Of a stretch of 64,000 nucleotides of DNA, positions 45,990 to 54,741 are shown piece after piece; the stretch's first letter is position 1, and each line of letters begins with the position of its first letter. The translations under genes and the position numbers were made by a program. Origin of the DNA: Gemmatimonadota bacterium (GTDB lineage: Bacteria > Gemmatimonadota > Gemmatimonadetes > Gemmatimonadales > GWC2-71-9); the NCBI GenBank assembly GCA_039589275.1, contig JBDHHP010000012.1, forward strand, positions 2,573 through 66,572, in the 5' to 3' direction. The notes below the pieces were generated by a model. It worked only from the letters and a program-made list of their open reading frames with translations, had not been told where the DNA came from and searched no databases.

Positions 45990-46403
45990 ATGAATAGTCG
46001 CCGTAACTTCGCCCTCGCTGGCGCCGTCGTGCTGGTGACTCTGTGGTCTACGCCGGTGCTGGCTCAGGGCCGGCCGAAGCCGACCAGCCACGACATCGCT
46101 GGGCGAGAACAGTGCTTGATGTGTCACCGGGCCGGTGCTATGGAACCGGTGCCCGACGCTCCTGCCGACCACGAGAATAGACCCAACGAGACATGCCAGT
46201 GGTGTCACGCACCGGACTCACCAATGCTGACGGGCGACGCGACCTCGATGCCCCACCCTAACGAGGGACGGGAGCAGTGCATGATGTGCCATAAGGCTGG
46301 CGCGATGGAGCCGGTGCCCGACGCGCCAGCGAGTCACGAAGGCAGGGACACCGCATTCTGCACGTTGTGCCACAAGCCCGCCGGCTCGGTAAGTCCCAAC
46401 TGA
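45990..46403 (+). CDS. Tetrahaem c-type cytochrome made of two NapB-like dihaem repeats
   Basis: Signal peptide MNSRRNFALAGAVVLVTLWSTPVLAQG. The module H..x.GREQC(L/M)MCH(R/K)AGAMEPVPDAPA.HE.R....C..CH occurs twice, 55 aa apart. Confidence 0.88.
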   Translation: MNSRRNFALAGAVVLVTLWSTPVLAQGRPKPTSHDIAGREQCLMCHRAGAMEPVPDAPADHENRPNETCQWCHAPDSPMLTGDATSMPHPNEGREQCMMCHKAGAMEPVPDAPASHEGRDTAFCTLCHKPAGSVSPN

Positions 46404-46486
46404 CGGAATGCAGCGGGTGGGGGGCATCCTCCGCCCGTGTGCGTTGGCCCCAGTGCGGGATAGGGGCTTGGCTGTGTGCCCTGCCC

Positions 46487-47104
46487 CTACGTCCCGAGTG
46501 GATGCCCCCGCTTGAACTGCACGTAGACCCAAGACATTGGGACTATGAGCACCCCGGCGGCGACGAGTGAGAGCGCGATAAAGACTGCCGCGAACAACTG
46601 CGACCGCGAGCTCCGCGCGGCCACCCGTACAAGTGCCGAGTCTTGGCGCGCTGTGAGTACGATCATTGCCGCGCGGCCCCTAATGCCCAGCTCCGGACCC
46701 CAACTCTCTGCATCGGCGGGTTGCCTCAGGTCTTCCAACACCTGACCGATCAGCCTTCGATCCAGGGAATTCGTAACCTGTTCCTGCAACTGAGCAAGCT
46801 GTCCCGACAACGCTATCTGAATACTGTCACGGATCCGGCCCTGCTCGGAGAACTGCTCGGGCGTGACCGCCATCTTACGCCACACTTCCAACGCCGCGTT
46901 GTAGGAGTGAATGGCTCTGATAGTGCGGCCGCCTTCCTCCACTGCGGCGCGTGATCTGCCGAGGTTTACGATGTGAATAACCCCGATCAGGATGGCCAGC
47001 AGTAGGGCGACCGCGGCAATTGTGAGGGCGATCCCCGGCCGAATTCCACCGGCCGCCTTGTAATCTTCCATCGCCAGCGCAAACGACGAGCGTGGTTGTG
47101 ACAT
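46487..47104 (-). CDS. Hypothetical membrane protein: two TM helices flanking a ~130-aa helical extracytoplasmic domain, no output domain
   Basis: 205 aa. TM helices at IALTIAAVALLLAILIGVIHIV and LFAAVFIALSLVAAGVLIVPM. Good GC3 bias. Confidence 0.55.
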   Translation of the reverse strand: MSQPRSSFALAMEDYKAAGGIRPGIALTIAAVALLLAILIGVIHIVNLGRSRAAVEEGGRTIRAIHSYNAALEVWRKMAVTPEQFSEQGRIRDSIQIALSGQLAQLQEQVTNSLDRRLIGQVLEDLRQPADAESWGPELGIRGRAAMIVLTARQDSALVRVAARSSRSQLFAAVFIALSLVAAGVLIVPMSWVYVQFKRGHPLGT

Positions 47105-47197
47105 GTCGATCGGGTCCTAGTTAGAACAGATGGTCGTGTTGGGCGCCGCTATGGTATCTCCTCAGTTCGGGAGGAGCAAGGGTCTGCAGACCGTTGA

Positions 47198-47956
47198 TCA
47201 CGATCCACCGCTCACGGCCTGCTCCGCTTCAGACTTGAAGCTCGCGATGAGTCTACTGTGCACATCGTACTCCCAGCGCTGAGCCGAGATCTCGGTGTTG
47301 TACCGCTCCAGGAACTCCAGGTATCCGCGACTCACGAAGCTGTCGTCACCCGTCATTCGGCCGACCCTTTGTTGTAGCAGCGGTGCGAACAGGTGACTCG
47401 GAACGAGGGCCTCGATCGAATCGGCGCGATCGAGGATAGCTTGATGATCACCGGTTATCTGGTGCAACAGGCCGATGTGGAAATGCGCATCGGCATCCAG
47501 CCCGTCGAGCAAGCTGTACGCCCTCAGGGCCATCTGGCCTGAGAACGACGCTGTGGCCGAATCTCCGCCCTCGAAAGCCGTCATTGCCTGGTCAAAGAGG
47601 GCGTCTGCCTCTCCGCGCGGGGTAGCGGCAGCAGGCGTGACTCCCTGAGATGTGAAAGCCGCCGGAAGCGCAGTGGGCGGTGGTGAAGGCATGAGGGTTA
47701 CCGCGACTACTATGACTAGAACGATGGCGGCCAACGCCAATGCGATCCACGGAAGCTTAGAACTGAGAGCTGATCCCCCACCTAACTGGCGTGAACAGTT
47801 GTGGCAAAAGCGGGCACCAGGTTGAAGCTGAGCGCCGCAAGCGGGACAGGTGGCTCCCTTCAGGGGAGTCCCACAACTCGAGCAGAACTTTCCGCTGCCC
47901 GGTTGTCCGCAGTTGGAGCAGTAGCCCTGTTGCTTGCTCTTGGATTTGCCCGTCAT
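47198..47956 (-). CDS. Double zinc-ribbon / TM / TPR-like hypothetical protein
   Basis: Start at ATG 47956. Zinc-ribbon sequence YCSNCGQPGSGKFCSSCGTPLKGATCPACGAQLQPGARFCHNCS, followed by TM helix LPWIALALAAIVLVIVVAVTL. Confidence 0.7.
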   Translation of the reverse strand: MTGKSKSKQQGYCSNCGQPGSGKFCSSCGTPLKGATCPACGAQLQPGARFCHNCSRQLGGGSALSSKLPWIALALAAIVLVIVVAVTLMPSPPPTALPAAFTSQGVTPAAATPRGEADALFDQAMTAFEGGDSATASFSGQMALRAYSLLDGLDADAHFHIGLLHQITGDHQAILDRADSIEALVPSHLFAPLLQQRVGRMTGDDSFVSRGYLEFLERYNTEISAQRWEYDVHSRLIASFKSEAEQAVSGGS

Positions 47957-48161
47957 CTCCACTCCGTCGAGCTTTTCTGGACGGCTCTGTAATCGCTCCG
48001 TTGAACGAAGCAAACAAAGCATGAGATCTCCGTGAAGTCCAGACAAGCGGAAAGGCTGGCTTCGCGCAGCCGCGCGCCTTGCGATTGACGATAGACATCC
48101 GACGGGCGACGATTAGCTGAGATCGAAACACCCTCCGTTTGCTCTGAAGGTGGAACCTCTC

Positions 48162-48674
48162 ATGCAACTGCAGCTCGACACCTGCGCCGTGCGGTCGTGG
48201 CGGGCCTCCGACGACGAATCGGTTGCCGAACACGCCAACAACCGCAAGATCTGGATCAACCTGCGGGATGCATTTCCCAATCCGTACACGCTCGCCGACG
48301 CTCGGCAGTTCATCCGCCTGGCCATGGAGATGGATCCCGAGACGTACTTCGCGATCGCGGTTGGTGACCGGGCAATCGGCTCGATCGGATTCCGCTTGCG
48401 TAAAGACGTCGAGCGCTGCTCCGCAGAGATTGGCTGCTGGGTGGCCGAGGGACACTGGGGTAGGGGTATTGGTACAGATGCGCTACGTGGAGTGACCGAG
48501 TTCGCCCTTGACGCTCACCGACTTAACAGGATGTACGCGGTGCCATACGAGTGGAACGTGGCATCATGTCGAATCCTCGAGAAGTCCGGCTATGTATTAG
48601 AGGGGCGAATGAGAAAGAGCGCAATCAAGGACGGGAAGGTGATCGACCAGTTCTTGTACGCGTACGTGCGCTGA
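48162..48674 (+). CDS. GNAT-family N-acetyltransferase (RimJ/RimL-like)
   Basis: Motif: [38 protein letters not shown]. Start at ATG 48162 after GAAGGTGG. Confidence 0.82.
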   Translation: MQLQLDTCAVRSWRASDDESVAEHANNRKIWINLRDAFPNPYTLADARQFIRLAMEMDPETYFAIAVGDRAIGSIGFRLRKDVERCSAEIGCWVAEGHWGRGIGTDALRGVTEFALDAHRLNRMYAVPYEWNVASCRILEKSGYVLEGRMRKSAIKDGKVIDQFLYAYVR

Positions 48675-48685
48675 GGGTAGACTAC

Positions 48686-49207
48686 ATGAGACCAAGCATG
48701 GAGCCATTATCGATGGTAGTCTTTGAGACGAATTACGGACCTATAACGATCGAGTTGTTCGACGATGCCGCGCCTGTAACCGTTGAGAACTTCCTTGCCT
48801 ACGTGGACGATGGATTCCTCGACGGCACGGTGTTTCATCGTGTGATTCCGGGCTTCGTGATCCAGGGGGGAGGGTTCACTGAGGACATGCAGCAGAAGAA
48901 GACCCGGCCTCCAATCACCAACGAGGCAGATAACGGACTCAAGAACGAACGCGGCACATTGTCCATGGCCCGGACGAAGGACATCAACAGTGCCACATCC
49001 CAGTTCTTCGTCAACCTGCAGGACAACGCGGTCCTAGACCACGGTGCTCGTGACTTCGGATATGCTGTGTTTGCCAAGGTCGTCGCGGGAATGGATGTGG
49101 TCGACCGCATCGCTGGGGCTGCCACAGCCACGCGCGGTATGTATCGGGATGTGCCGGTGGAGCCAGTGGTGATCGAGTCGGCGTCCCGGCAGGCCGCAGG
49201 CGACTAG
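48686..49207 (+). CDS. Cyclophilin-type peptidyl-prolyl cis-trans isomerase
   Basis: Motifs: [29 protein letters not shown]. Confidence 0.9.
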   Translation: MRPSMEPLSMVVFETNYGPITIELFDDAAPVTVENFLAYVDDGFLDGTVFHRVIPGFVIQGGGFTEDMQQKKTRPPITNEADNGLKNERGTLSMARTKDINSATSQFFVNLQDNAVLDHGARDFGYAVFAKVVAGMDVVDRIAGAATATRGMYRDVPVEPVVIESASRQAAGD

Positions 49208-49234
49208 ACCGATTGTCGCTGAGCTGGCGCGACC

Positions 49235-50542
49235 GTGACGCCTCGTTTGAAGCGCGAAGTGGGGTTGTGGGGTGCCGTGCTGCTAGGCCTGGGCTCGATC
49301 CTCGGTACCGGTGTGTTCGTGAGTATCGGAATCGCCGCCGATGTTGCGGGCCCTGCCGTGGTGCTGGCTGTCGTGCTGGCGGCCGTTGTTGCGGCATGCA
49401 ATGCGCTGTCGAGTGCCCAGCTCGCGGCCAGCCATCCGGTCAGCGGCGGCTCTTATGAGTACGGGTACCTACACGTTGCTCCGGCGGTGGGCTTCTCGGC
49501 CGGATGGATGTTCCTGCTCGCCAAGTCGGCCTCGGCCGCCGCCGCAGCTCTCGGTTTCTCCGCGTATCTGCTGAATACCGCGGGCGTGACCGACAGTGGT
49601 GCTCGCACGGCGGTCGCGCTGTTGGCTGTGGCTGGTGTGACCGTGCTGGTGATTGGAGGAATGCGGCGGTCGAACACAGCCAACGCTGTCGTGGTTTCGA
49701 TCACGCTGGCGGTTCTGGCTGCGTTCGTCCTGGCGGGCCTGCCGCAGCTAGCGGCCTCCGGAGGAGAAAACCTTATTCCTTTCTTTGAGCACGGCGACGG
49801 TGGTGGCTTGGGCGCGGCGCGGGCCACTCTTCACGCCACGGCTCTCATGTTCGTGGCGTATACGGGTTACGGCCGAGTGGCCACATTGGGTGAGGAAATA
49901 CGGGATCCGCACCGTAACATCCCGCGGGCGATCGTAGCTACTCTACTCGTCTCTCTCATGGTCTACGTAGGCGTCGCCCTGGTGGGGGTAGGTTCCGTTG
50001 GCACTGACCGGTTTGCGGCGGCGACGGAAGAAGCAGCCGCTCCGCTCGAAGTGGTTGCCCGGCAGTTCGGAACACCGGGGCTGCCGCAGCTGGTGGCACT
50101 GGGCGCCGTGTCGGCCATGCTGGGCGTGCTGCTGAACTTGATTCTGGGTCTGTCGAGGGTAGTCCTGGCCATGGGCCGTCGCGGCGACATGCCCAAGAGC
50201 TTGGCCAAGGTCAGCCGTGACGGTGCTACGCCCGCGGCCGCAGTGGCCTTGACCGGGGTGGTTGTGGGAGCAATCGTCCTGAACGGCGACATACGAGTCG
50301 CCTGGTCATTCAGCGCATTCACTGTACTGGTCTATTACGCCATTACCAACCTCGCTGCACTTCGCATGCCTCGGGGAGAGCGGCTGTATCCACGATTCGT
50401 GGCGCAATTGGGGCTGGTAGCATGTCTCTCACTGGCGTTCTTTGTGGAGCGACGTGTTTGGCTCGTCGGATTGAGCATTCTGATTGTGGGACTCGTATGG
50501 CATTTTCTGGCGCAAAGGCGCCGCAGCAGTAATGGAAACTAG
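49235..50542 (+). CDS. APC-superfamily amino-acid permease
   Basis: 435 aa, about 12 TM helices. N-terminal GLWGAVLLGLGSILGTGVF. GTG start. Confidence 0.85.
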   Translation: MTPRLKREVGLWGAVLLGLGSILGTGVFVSIGIAADVAGPAVVLAVVLAAVVAACNALSSAQLAASHPVSGGSYEYGYLHVAPAVGFSAGWMFLLAKSASAAAAALGFSAYLLNTAGVTDSGARTAVALLAVAGVTVLVIGGMRRSNTANAVVVSITLAVLAAFVLAGLPQLAASGGENLIPFFEHGDGGGLGAARATLHATALMFVAYTGYGRVATLGEEIRDPHRNIPRAIVATLLVSLMVYVGVALVGVGSVGTDRFAAATEEAAAPLEVVARQFGTPGLPQLVALGAVSAMLGVLLNLILGLSRVVLAMGRRGDMPKSLAKVSRDGATPAAAVALTGVVVGAIVLNGDIRVAWSFSAFTVLVYYAITNLAALRMPRGERLYPRFVAQLGLVACLSLAFFVERRVWLVGLSILIVGLVWHFLAQRRRSSNGN

Positions 50543-50587
50543 GATGCTTCAGGGTACGATGCGGCACCGGGAGCAAGACCTCGCGAG

Positions 50588-50776
50588 GTGGTGAAAATGG
50601 TGGATCTAAGACAAGCGCAGGACATCGATCCGATTTGCCCTCATTGTTCGGCTGAGGTCAGAGAAGTGCTCTTTCAGGGGATACGCGGCTTCCTGGGTAG
50701 GCGGTTCATATACTTCTGCTCCGAGTGCAGAGCGGTGTTAGGCGTGTCCCATCGCAAGGGGTTCTGGATGGGGTAA
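50588..50776 (+). CDS. Small CxxC...CxxC zinc-ribbon-like hypothetical protein (59-62 aa)
   Basis: CPHC...CSEC motifs. Stop TAA overlaps the next ATG (TAATG at 50774-50778). Confidence 0.45.
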   Translation: MVKMVDLRQAQDIDPICPHCSAEVREVLFQGIRGFLGRRFIYFCSECRAVLGVSHRKGFWMG

Positions 50777-51702
50777 TGCGCGCGCGCCAATCGCTCGATG
50801 TCGATGCCGGGTTCTTGGCCGCTGCATTCGGCGCCGTATACGCGGCTGTGGTTGCTTTGGCCCGCGGCGGTTTCCCAGGGCGGATGTCCGGAGTCGCGTT
50901 TGCTGTCCTGGTTGCCGTGTTCGCCATCGCCGGAATGAGTGTGGGCAGCGTGATTGCCGGGAGACCGGATTTCGGTCCGACCAAGCGGGCCGCACTCGTT
51001 CGCGGTTTCGTGGCTGCGATTCCCGTCTACGCAGCCGGAGGTCTGCTCTTCCTGTCCCCTGAGCGATGGTTTACCCTGATACCCGTCGTGAGTGTGGTAG
51101 CGGCCGCCATCGTTGGCCCGCCTATCGGCATATTCATGTATCGGCTGCACCGTCGTGTGGATTCTCCCGAGTCACCGGTTGCCCCGGACGGACAGCTGGC
51201 CTGGCTCAAGGGCGAGTTGGTCGGGAGCTGGCTCCCACTTCTGTTCAGTATCGCTCTGCTCGCGGCGTTGGGAGTCGGCATGCGGGCGGTACCGACCGTC
51301 GATCCGACGGCGGTGTCGCCGAGGACTCCAGTGGCGGTGATAGAGCAACTGCCTGATCTCTATCGATCGGTCGAGGTCGATTCCGCCGACCCGAGAGCGC
51401 GGCACGCCCTGGGAGTGGCGCTGACCAGCCTGGGCGGGTTTACCGCCGCCACACGGCATTTGGTGGTAGCGGCAAGCTTGGACTCCAGCAACGCCGAATA
51501 CTGGCGGGCCCTTGGACGGGCCAGGTATTTCGGGGCGGACTACCCGGGCGCAACTGAGGCGTACTGGAATGCGATCAGGCTGGACCCCAGCGCGGTCCGA
51601 GGAGGTGGGATAGACCGTGCGGCAATTGATGCTGCGCTGACTCTGATGTTGCGCCAGCGGAATGAGGCGGATTCCCAGCGCACCACCAATCAGCCGAGAT
51701 GA
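50776..51702 (+). CDS. Membrane protein (4-5 TM helices) with C-terminal TPR-like domain
   Basis: Start at ATG 50776. Hydrophobic N-terminal half. C-terminal ARHALGVALTSLGGFTAATRHLVVAASLDSSNAEYWRALGRARYFGADYPGATEAYWNAIRLDP. Confidence 0.65.
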   Translation: MRARQSLDVDAGFLAAAFGAVYAAVVALARGGFPGRMSGVAFAVLVAVFAIAGMSVGSVIAGRPDFGPTKRAALVRGFVAAIPVYAAGGLLFLSPERWFTLIPVVSVVAAAIVGPPIGIFMYRLHRRVDSPESPVAPDGQLAWLKGELVGSWLPLLFSIALLAALGVGMRAVPTVDPTAVSPRTPVAVIEQLPDLYRSVEVDSADPRARHALGVALTSLGGFTAATRHLVVAASLDSSNAEYWRALGRARYFGADYPGATEAYWNAIRLDPSAVRGGGIDRAAIDAALTLMLRQRNEADSQRTTNQPR

Positions 51703-51717
51703 GGGAGAATCGGGCGT

Positions 51718-52740
51718 ATGAAACTGGGTTTTGAGACAATTGCCTGGGGTCCATCCGGTGGCGTGAGGTTCCTCGACCAGACGCTGCTGCCGGAGCGGGA
51801 GGTCTACGTCGAGGTGGATTCGATAGCGGAGATGGTCGAAGCCATCCAGGCCCTCCGAGTTCGGGGTGCGCCGCTGATCGGGATATCGGCTGCAATGGGC
51901 CTGGTGGCGGCGGCCGGCCAGCAGGCTTCGCGAGTCACCCCGGAGTGGATCCGGAGGGCAGTGTCCGACCTCGGCACGGCGCGCCCGACTGCGGTGAATC
52001 TGGTGTGGGCATTGGACCGAATGCAGTCGGTGGCCGAAGAGTCGTTCCGGAGTGGAGCCGGACCGGACGAGGTGATCGCGTCGTTGCGGTCCGAAGCTCA
52101 GCAGATCTGGGACGAAGACGTTCGCATGTGCGAGGCCATCGGCGCGGCCGGTGAGACGCTCGTCCCGGACGGCGCAACCGTGATGACCCACTGTAACGCC
52201 GGAGCGCTTGCTACTGGTGGGATTGGGACCGCCCTCGCCGTCATCTACGCCGCCAAAATGGCGGGTAAAAACGTCCGTGTGGTCTCCAACGAGACCAGGC
52301 CACTGCGGCAGGGGGCACGGCTCACGTCTTGGGAATTGGCGCGGGCCGGTATTCCGGTAACGTCGATTGTGGATGGTGCGTCGGCTGCAGTCATGGCCAG
52401 AGGCGAGGTGGATTTCGTTATCACAGGTGCGGACCGGATTGCCGCAAACGGTGATGCAGCGAACAAGATCGGTACTTACGGGGTGGCCGTTTTGGCGGAG
52501 GCGCACCGCATTCCTTTTTATGTAGCAGCCCCGTCAAGCACCTTTGATTTGTCCCTTACCGCGGGCGATGAGATCCCTATTGAGGTGCGCGCGGGGGAAG
52601 AGATCGGGGCGGCACCGGGGGCAGACACGTTCAACCCGGCTTTTGACGTGACGCCGGCGCGTTACATAGCTGCTATCGTAACCGATCGCGGTGTGTTGCA
52701 CCGACCATATCGCAAGAGCATCACCGAGGCACTCACATAG
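51718..52740 (+). CDS. mtnA: S-methyl-5-thioribose-1-phosphate isomerase
   Basis: Motifs: VRFLDQTLLPERE...RVRGAPLIGISAAMG...TRPTAVNL...THCNAGALAT...ETRPLRQGARLT...GADRIAANGD. Confidence 0.9.
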   Translation: MKLGFETIAWGPSGGVRFLDQTLLPEREVYVEVDSIAEMVEAIQALRVRGAPLIGISAAMGLVAAAGQQASRVTPEWIRRAVSDLGTARPTAVNLVWALDRMQSVAEESFRSGAGPDEVIASLRSEAQQIWDEDVRMCEAIGAAGETLVPDGATVMTHCNAGALATGGIGTALAVIYAAKMAGKNVRVVSNETRPLRQGARLTSWELARAGIPVTSIVDGASAAVMARGEVDFVITGADRIAANGDAANKIGTYGVAVLAEAHRIPFYVAAPSSTFDLSLTAGDEIPIEVRAGEEIGAAPGADTFNPAFDVTPARYIAAIVTDRGVLHRPYRKSITEALT

Positions 52741-52749
52741 GACCGAGGC

Positions 52750-54228
52750 GTGAAGAGCGTACTTGCACTGGATCAGGGTACAACAGGATCGACGGCTATC
52801 ATCTTCTCTCATGAAGGGGAGATCATTGGACGTGGTTACAGGGAGTTTACTCAGCACTTCCCGCAGCCCGGCTGGGTGGAACACGACCCGCTCGACATTT
52901 GGCGAGTCACGTTGGAAGCGGCGAAAGAAGCGTTAAGTCAAGCTGGATCGATACCTGAAGCCATCGGCATCACAAACCAACGTGAGACTGTGGTTGCGTG
53001 GGATCGGGCCAGCGGTGAGCCGCTTCACAATGCGATCGTGTGGCAGGATCGGCGAACCGCTGACCGCTGTCAGGAACTACGCGAAGAGTGCGGCGATGCC
53101 TACATAAGGTCTAAGACGGGCCTCGTTTGGGATCCGTATTTCTCCGGAACCAAGATCGAATGGCTCATCAAGCATGTGCCGGGGCTAGCCGAACGAATGC
53201 GAACCGGTGATGTCCTGTTTGGCACGATCGACAGTTGGTTGATTTTCCAGTTGACGTCGGGTAGGAGCTTCGTGACGGATCACAGCAACGCTTCTCGCAC
53301 GCTGCTCTACAGTATCGACCAGTACTGCTGGGATGAGGAGCTGCTGCGGCTTTTCGGGGTGCCACGCGAGTGCCTGCCCGAGGTTGGGGAATCCAGCGGC
53401 GTCGTTGGGATGGCTGACTCGCGGCACTTGGGCGCGGAGATTCCCATCTCAGGCGTGGCTGGTGACCAGCAGGCTGCCCTCTTCGGACAAGGTTGCTGGC
53501 AATCTGGCGACGCCAAATGCACATATGGGACTGGCGCGTTTCTTCTAATGAACGTGGGGAAAGAGCGGCACTCGTCAGGTTCAGGATCGGGTGTGCTCAC
53601 CACAGTGGCCTGCGATCGCAATGGCAAACCCGCGTTCGCGCTGGAGGGCTCTATTTTCATTGCTGGCGCTGCGGTGCAGTGGCTCAGAGACGGACTTGGG
53701 TTGATCACGCGGGCGGCCGAGACAGAGGCACTGGCGGCGAGCGTGGCGGACAGCGGCGGTGTCTACTTCGTGCCAGCGTTGGTGGGCCTGGGGGCGCCGC
53801 ACTGGGAGCCCCGGGCTCGCGGGACGATCGTAGGGTTGACCAGAGGTACGAGTAGGGCGCACTTGGTTCGGGCGACTCTGGAGTCAATGGCGTACAGCAC
53901 CCGGGACGTTGTGGAGGCCATGGAGCACGCGTCCGGTGTGAGCCTGAGCGACCTGAGGGTCGACGGCGGTGCCGCCAAGAACGACTGGCTCATGCAGTTC
54001 CAATCCGATGTGCTGGGAGTGCCTGTTGCTCGGCCAGAGATCGTTGAGACCACGGCCCTGGGCGCAGCCGGCCTGGCAGGTCTGGCGGTCGGAGTCTGGC
54101 GCGACCCGGATCACTTCGCCCACAGCCAGGCCTTCACACGATTCGACCCCGGTGGTCTGGATGAGCACCACTACGCCGGCTGGCGCCTGGCGGTGGCCAC
54201 GGCCCTAAACTGGGCGCAAGCGAAGTGA
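52750..54228 (+). CDS. glpK: Glycerol kinase
   Basis: Motifs: LALDQGTTGSTAIIF...FPQPGWVEHDP...GITNQRETVVAWD...IVWQDRRT. GTG start. Confidence 0.93.
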   Translation: MKSVLALDQGTTGSTAIIFSHEGEIIGRGYREFTQHFPQPGWVEHDPLDIWRVTLEAAKEALSQAGSIPEAIGITNQRETVVAWDRASGEPLHNAIVWQDRRTADRCQELREECGDAYIRSKTGLVWDPYFSGTKIEWLIKHVPGLAERMRTGDVLFGTIDSWLIFQLTSGRSFVTDHSNASRTLLYSIDQYCWDEELLRLFGVPRECLPEVGESSGVVGMADSRHLGAEIPISGVAGDQQAALFGQGCWQSGDAKCTYGTGAFLLMNVGKERHSSGSGSGVLTTVACDRNGKPAFALEGSIFIAGAAVQWLRDGLGLITRAAETEALAASVADSGGVYFVPALVGLGAPHWEPRARGTIVGLTRGTSRAHLVRATLESMAYSTRDVVEAMEHASGVSLSDLRVDGGAAKNDWLMQFQSDVLGVPVARPEIVETTALGAAGLAGLAVGVWRDPDHFAHSQAFTRFDPGGLDEHHYAGWRLAVATALNWAQAK

Positions 54229-54332
54229 AGGTACCTTAATCCTCAGATTGTCGGTTATTGGGGTCCAAAGAGCGACCTTTTTGGGGGCCCCGGAGTACTC
54301 TATATTCTAGGCGGACCACATGGAGACCACGT

Positions 54333-54737
54333 ATGAGAGCTAGGACCAAATTCTTGGCCGGCGCTGCTTTGGTGACCGTAAGTGTAGGCTATCTAATGGC
54401 TTCCGGCATCAAGGACACCGGCGTCTATTTTGTGACCCCAGCCGAATTGGCGTCGCGGGTCTCGGCCGATCCCTCGTTCATGGACGTCGGGGTGCGCATG
54501 GGCGCGCGGGTGGTGAGCGGTAGCATCGAGCGAGACGTCGCGTCTCAGACTGTTGCCTTTGAGGTGACCGACGGCGTCGAGACCTATCCTGTTGTGTACC
54601 ACGGCATCGCCCCAGACACGTTCGATGACGACGTTGATGTGGTGGTGGAGGGTAGGCTGATGACGGACGGCACGTTCAGGGCGACGACTCTGCTCGCGAA
54701 ATGCGGATCGCGCTACGAAGCCGAGCCTACGGCGTGA
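54333..54737 (+). CDS. ccmE: Cytochrome c maturation haem chaperone CcmE, CXXXY variant
   Basis: N-terminal TM anchor, OB-fold core (VRMGARVVSGSIE...VAFEVTDG...VVYHGIAPDTFDDDVDVVVEGRL). LLAKCGSRYE replaces the canonical LAKHDENY; the Cys codon TGC is at 54702-54704. Confidence 0.88.
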   Translation: MRARTKFLAGAALVTVSVGYLMASGIKDTGVYFVTPAELASRVSADPSFMDVGVRMGARVVSGSIERDVASQTVAFEVTDGVETYPVVYHGIAPDTFDDDVDVVVEGRLMTDGTFRATTLLAKCGSRYEAEPTA

Positions 54738-54741
54738 ACCC

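Noticed and set aside
47158-47176. Hairpin CTCCTC-AGTTCGG-GAGGAG between two minus-strand genes
   Set aside because: The stem is only 6 bp with no U-tract. The GAGGAG arm is in plus-strand orientation, so on the minus strand that carries both flanking genes it reads CTCCTC and cannot be the SD of the downstream gene; the repeat has no supportable function here.
47757-48455. 232-aa minus-strand ORF bridging the zinc-ribbon gene and the GNAT gene
   Set aside because: It overlaps the better-supported zinc-ribbon CDS out of frame and is antisense to the GNAT gene. The composition is Arg-rich.
51172-52506. 444-aa minus-strand ORF
   Set aside because: It spans two clearly recognisable plus-strand genes (the membrane-TPR protein and mtnA), and its product is Arg/Pro/His-rich junk.
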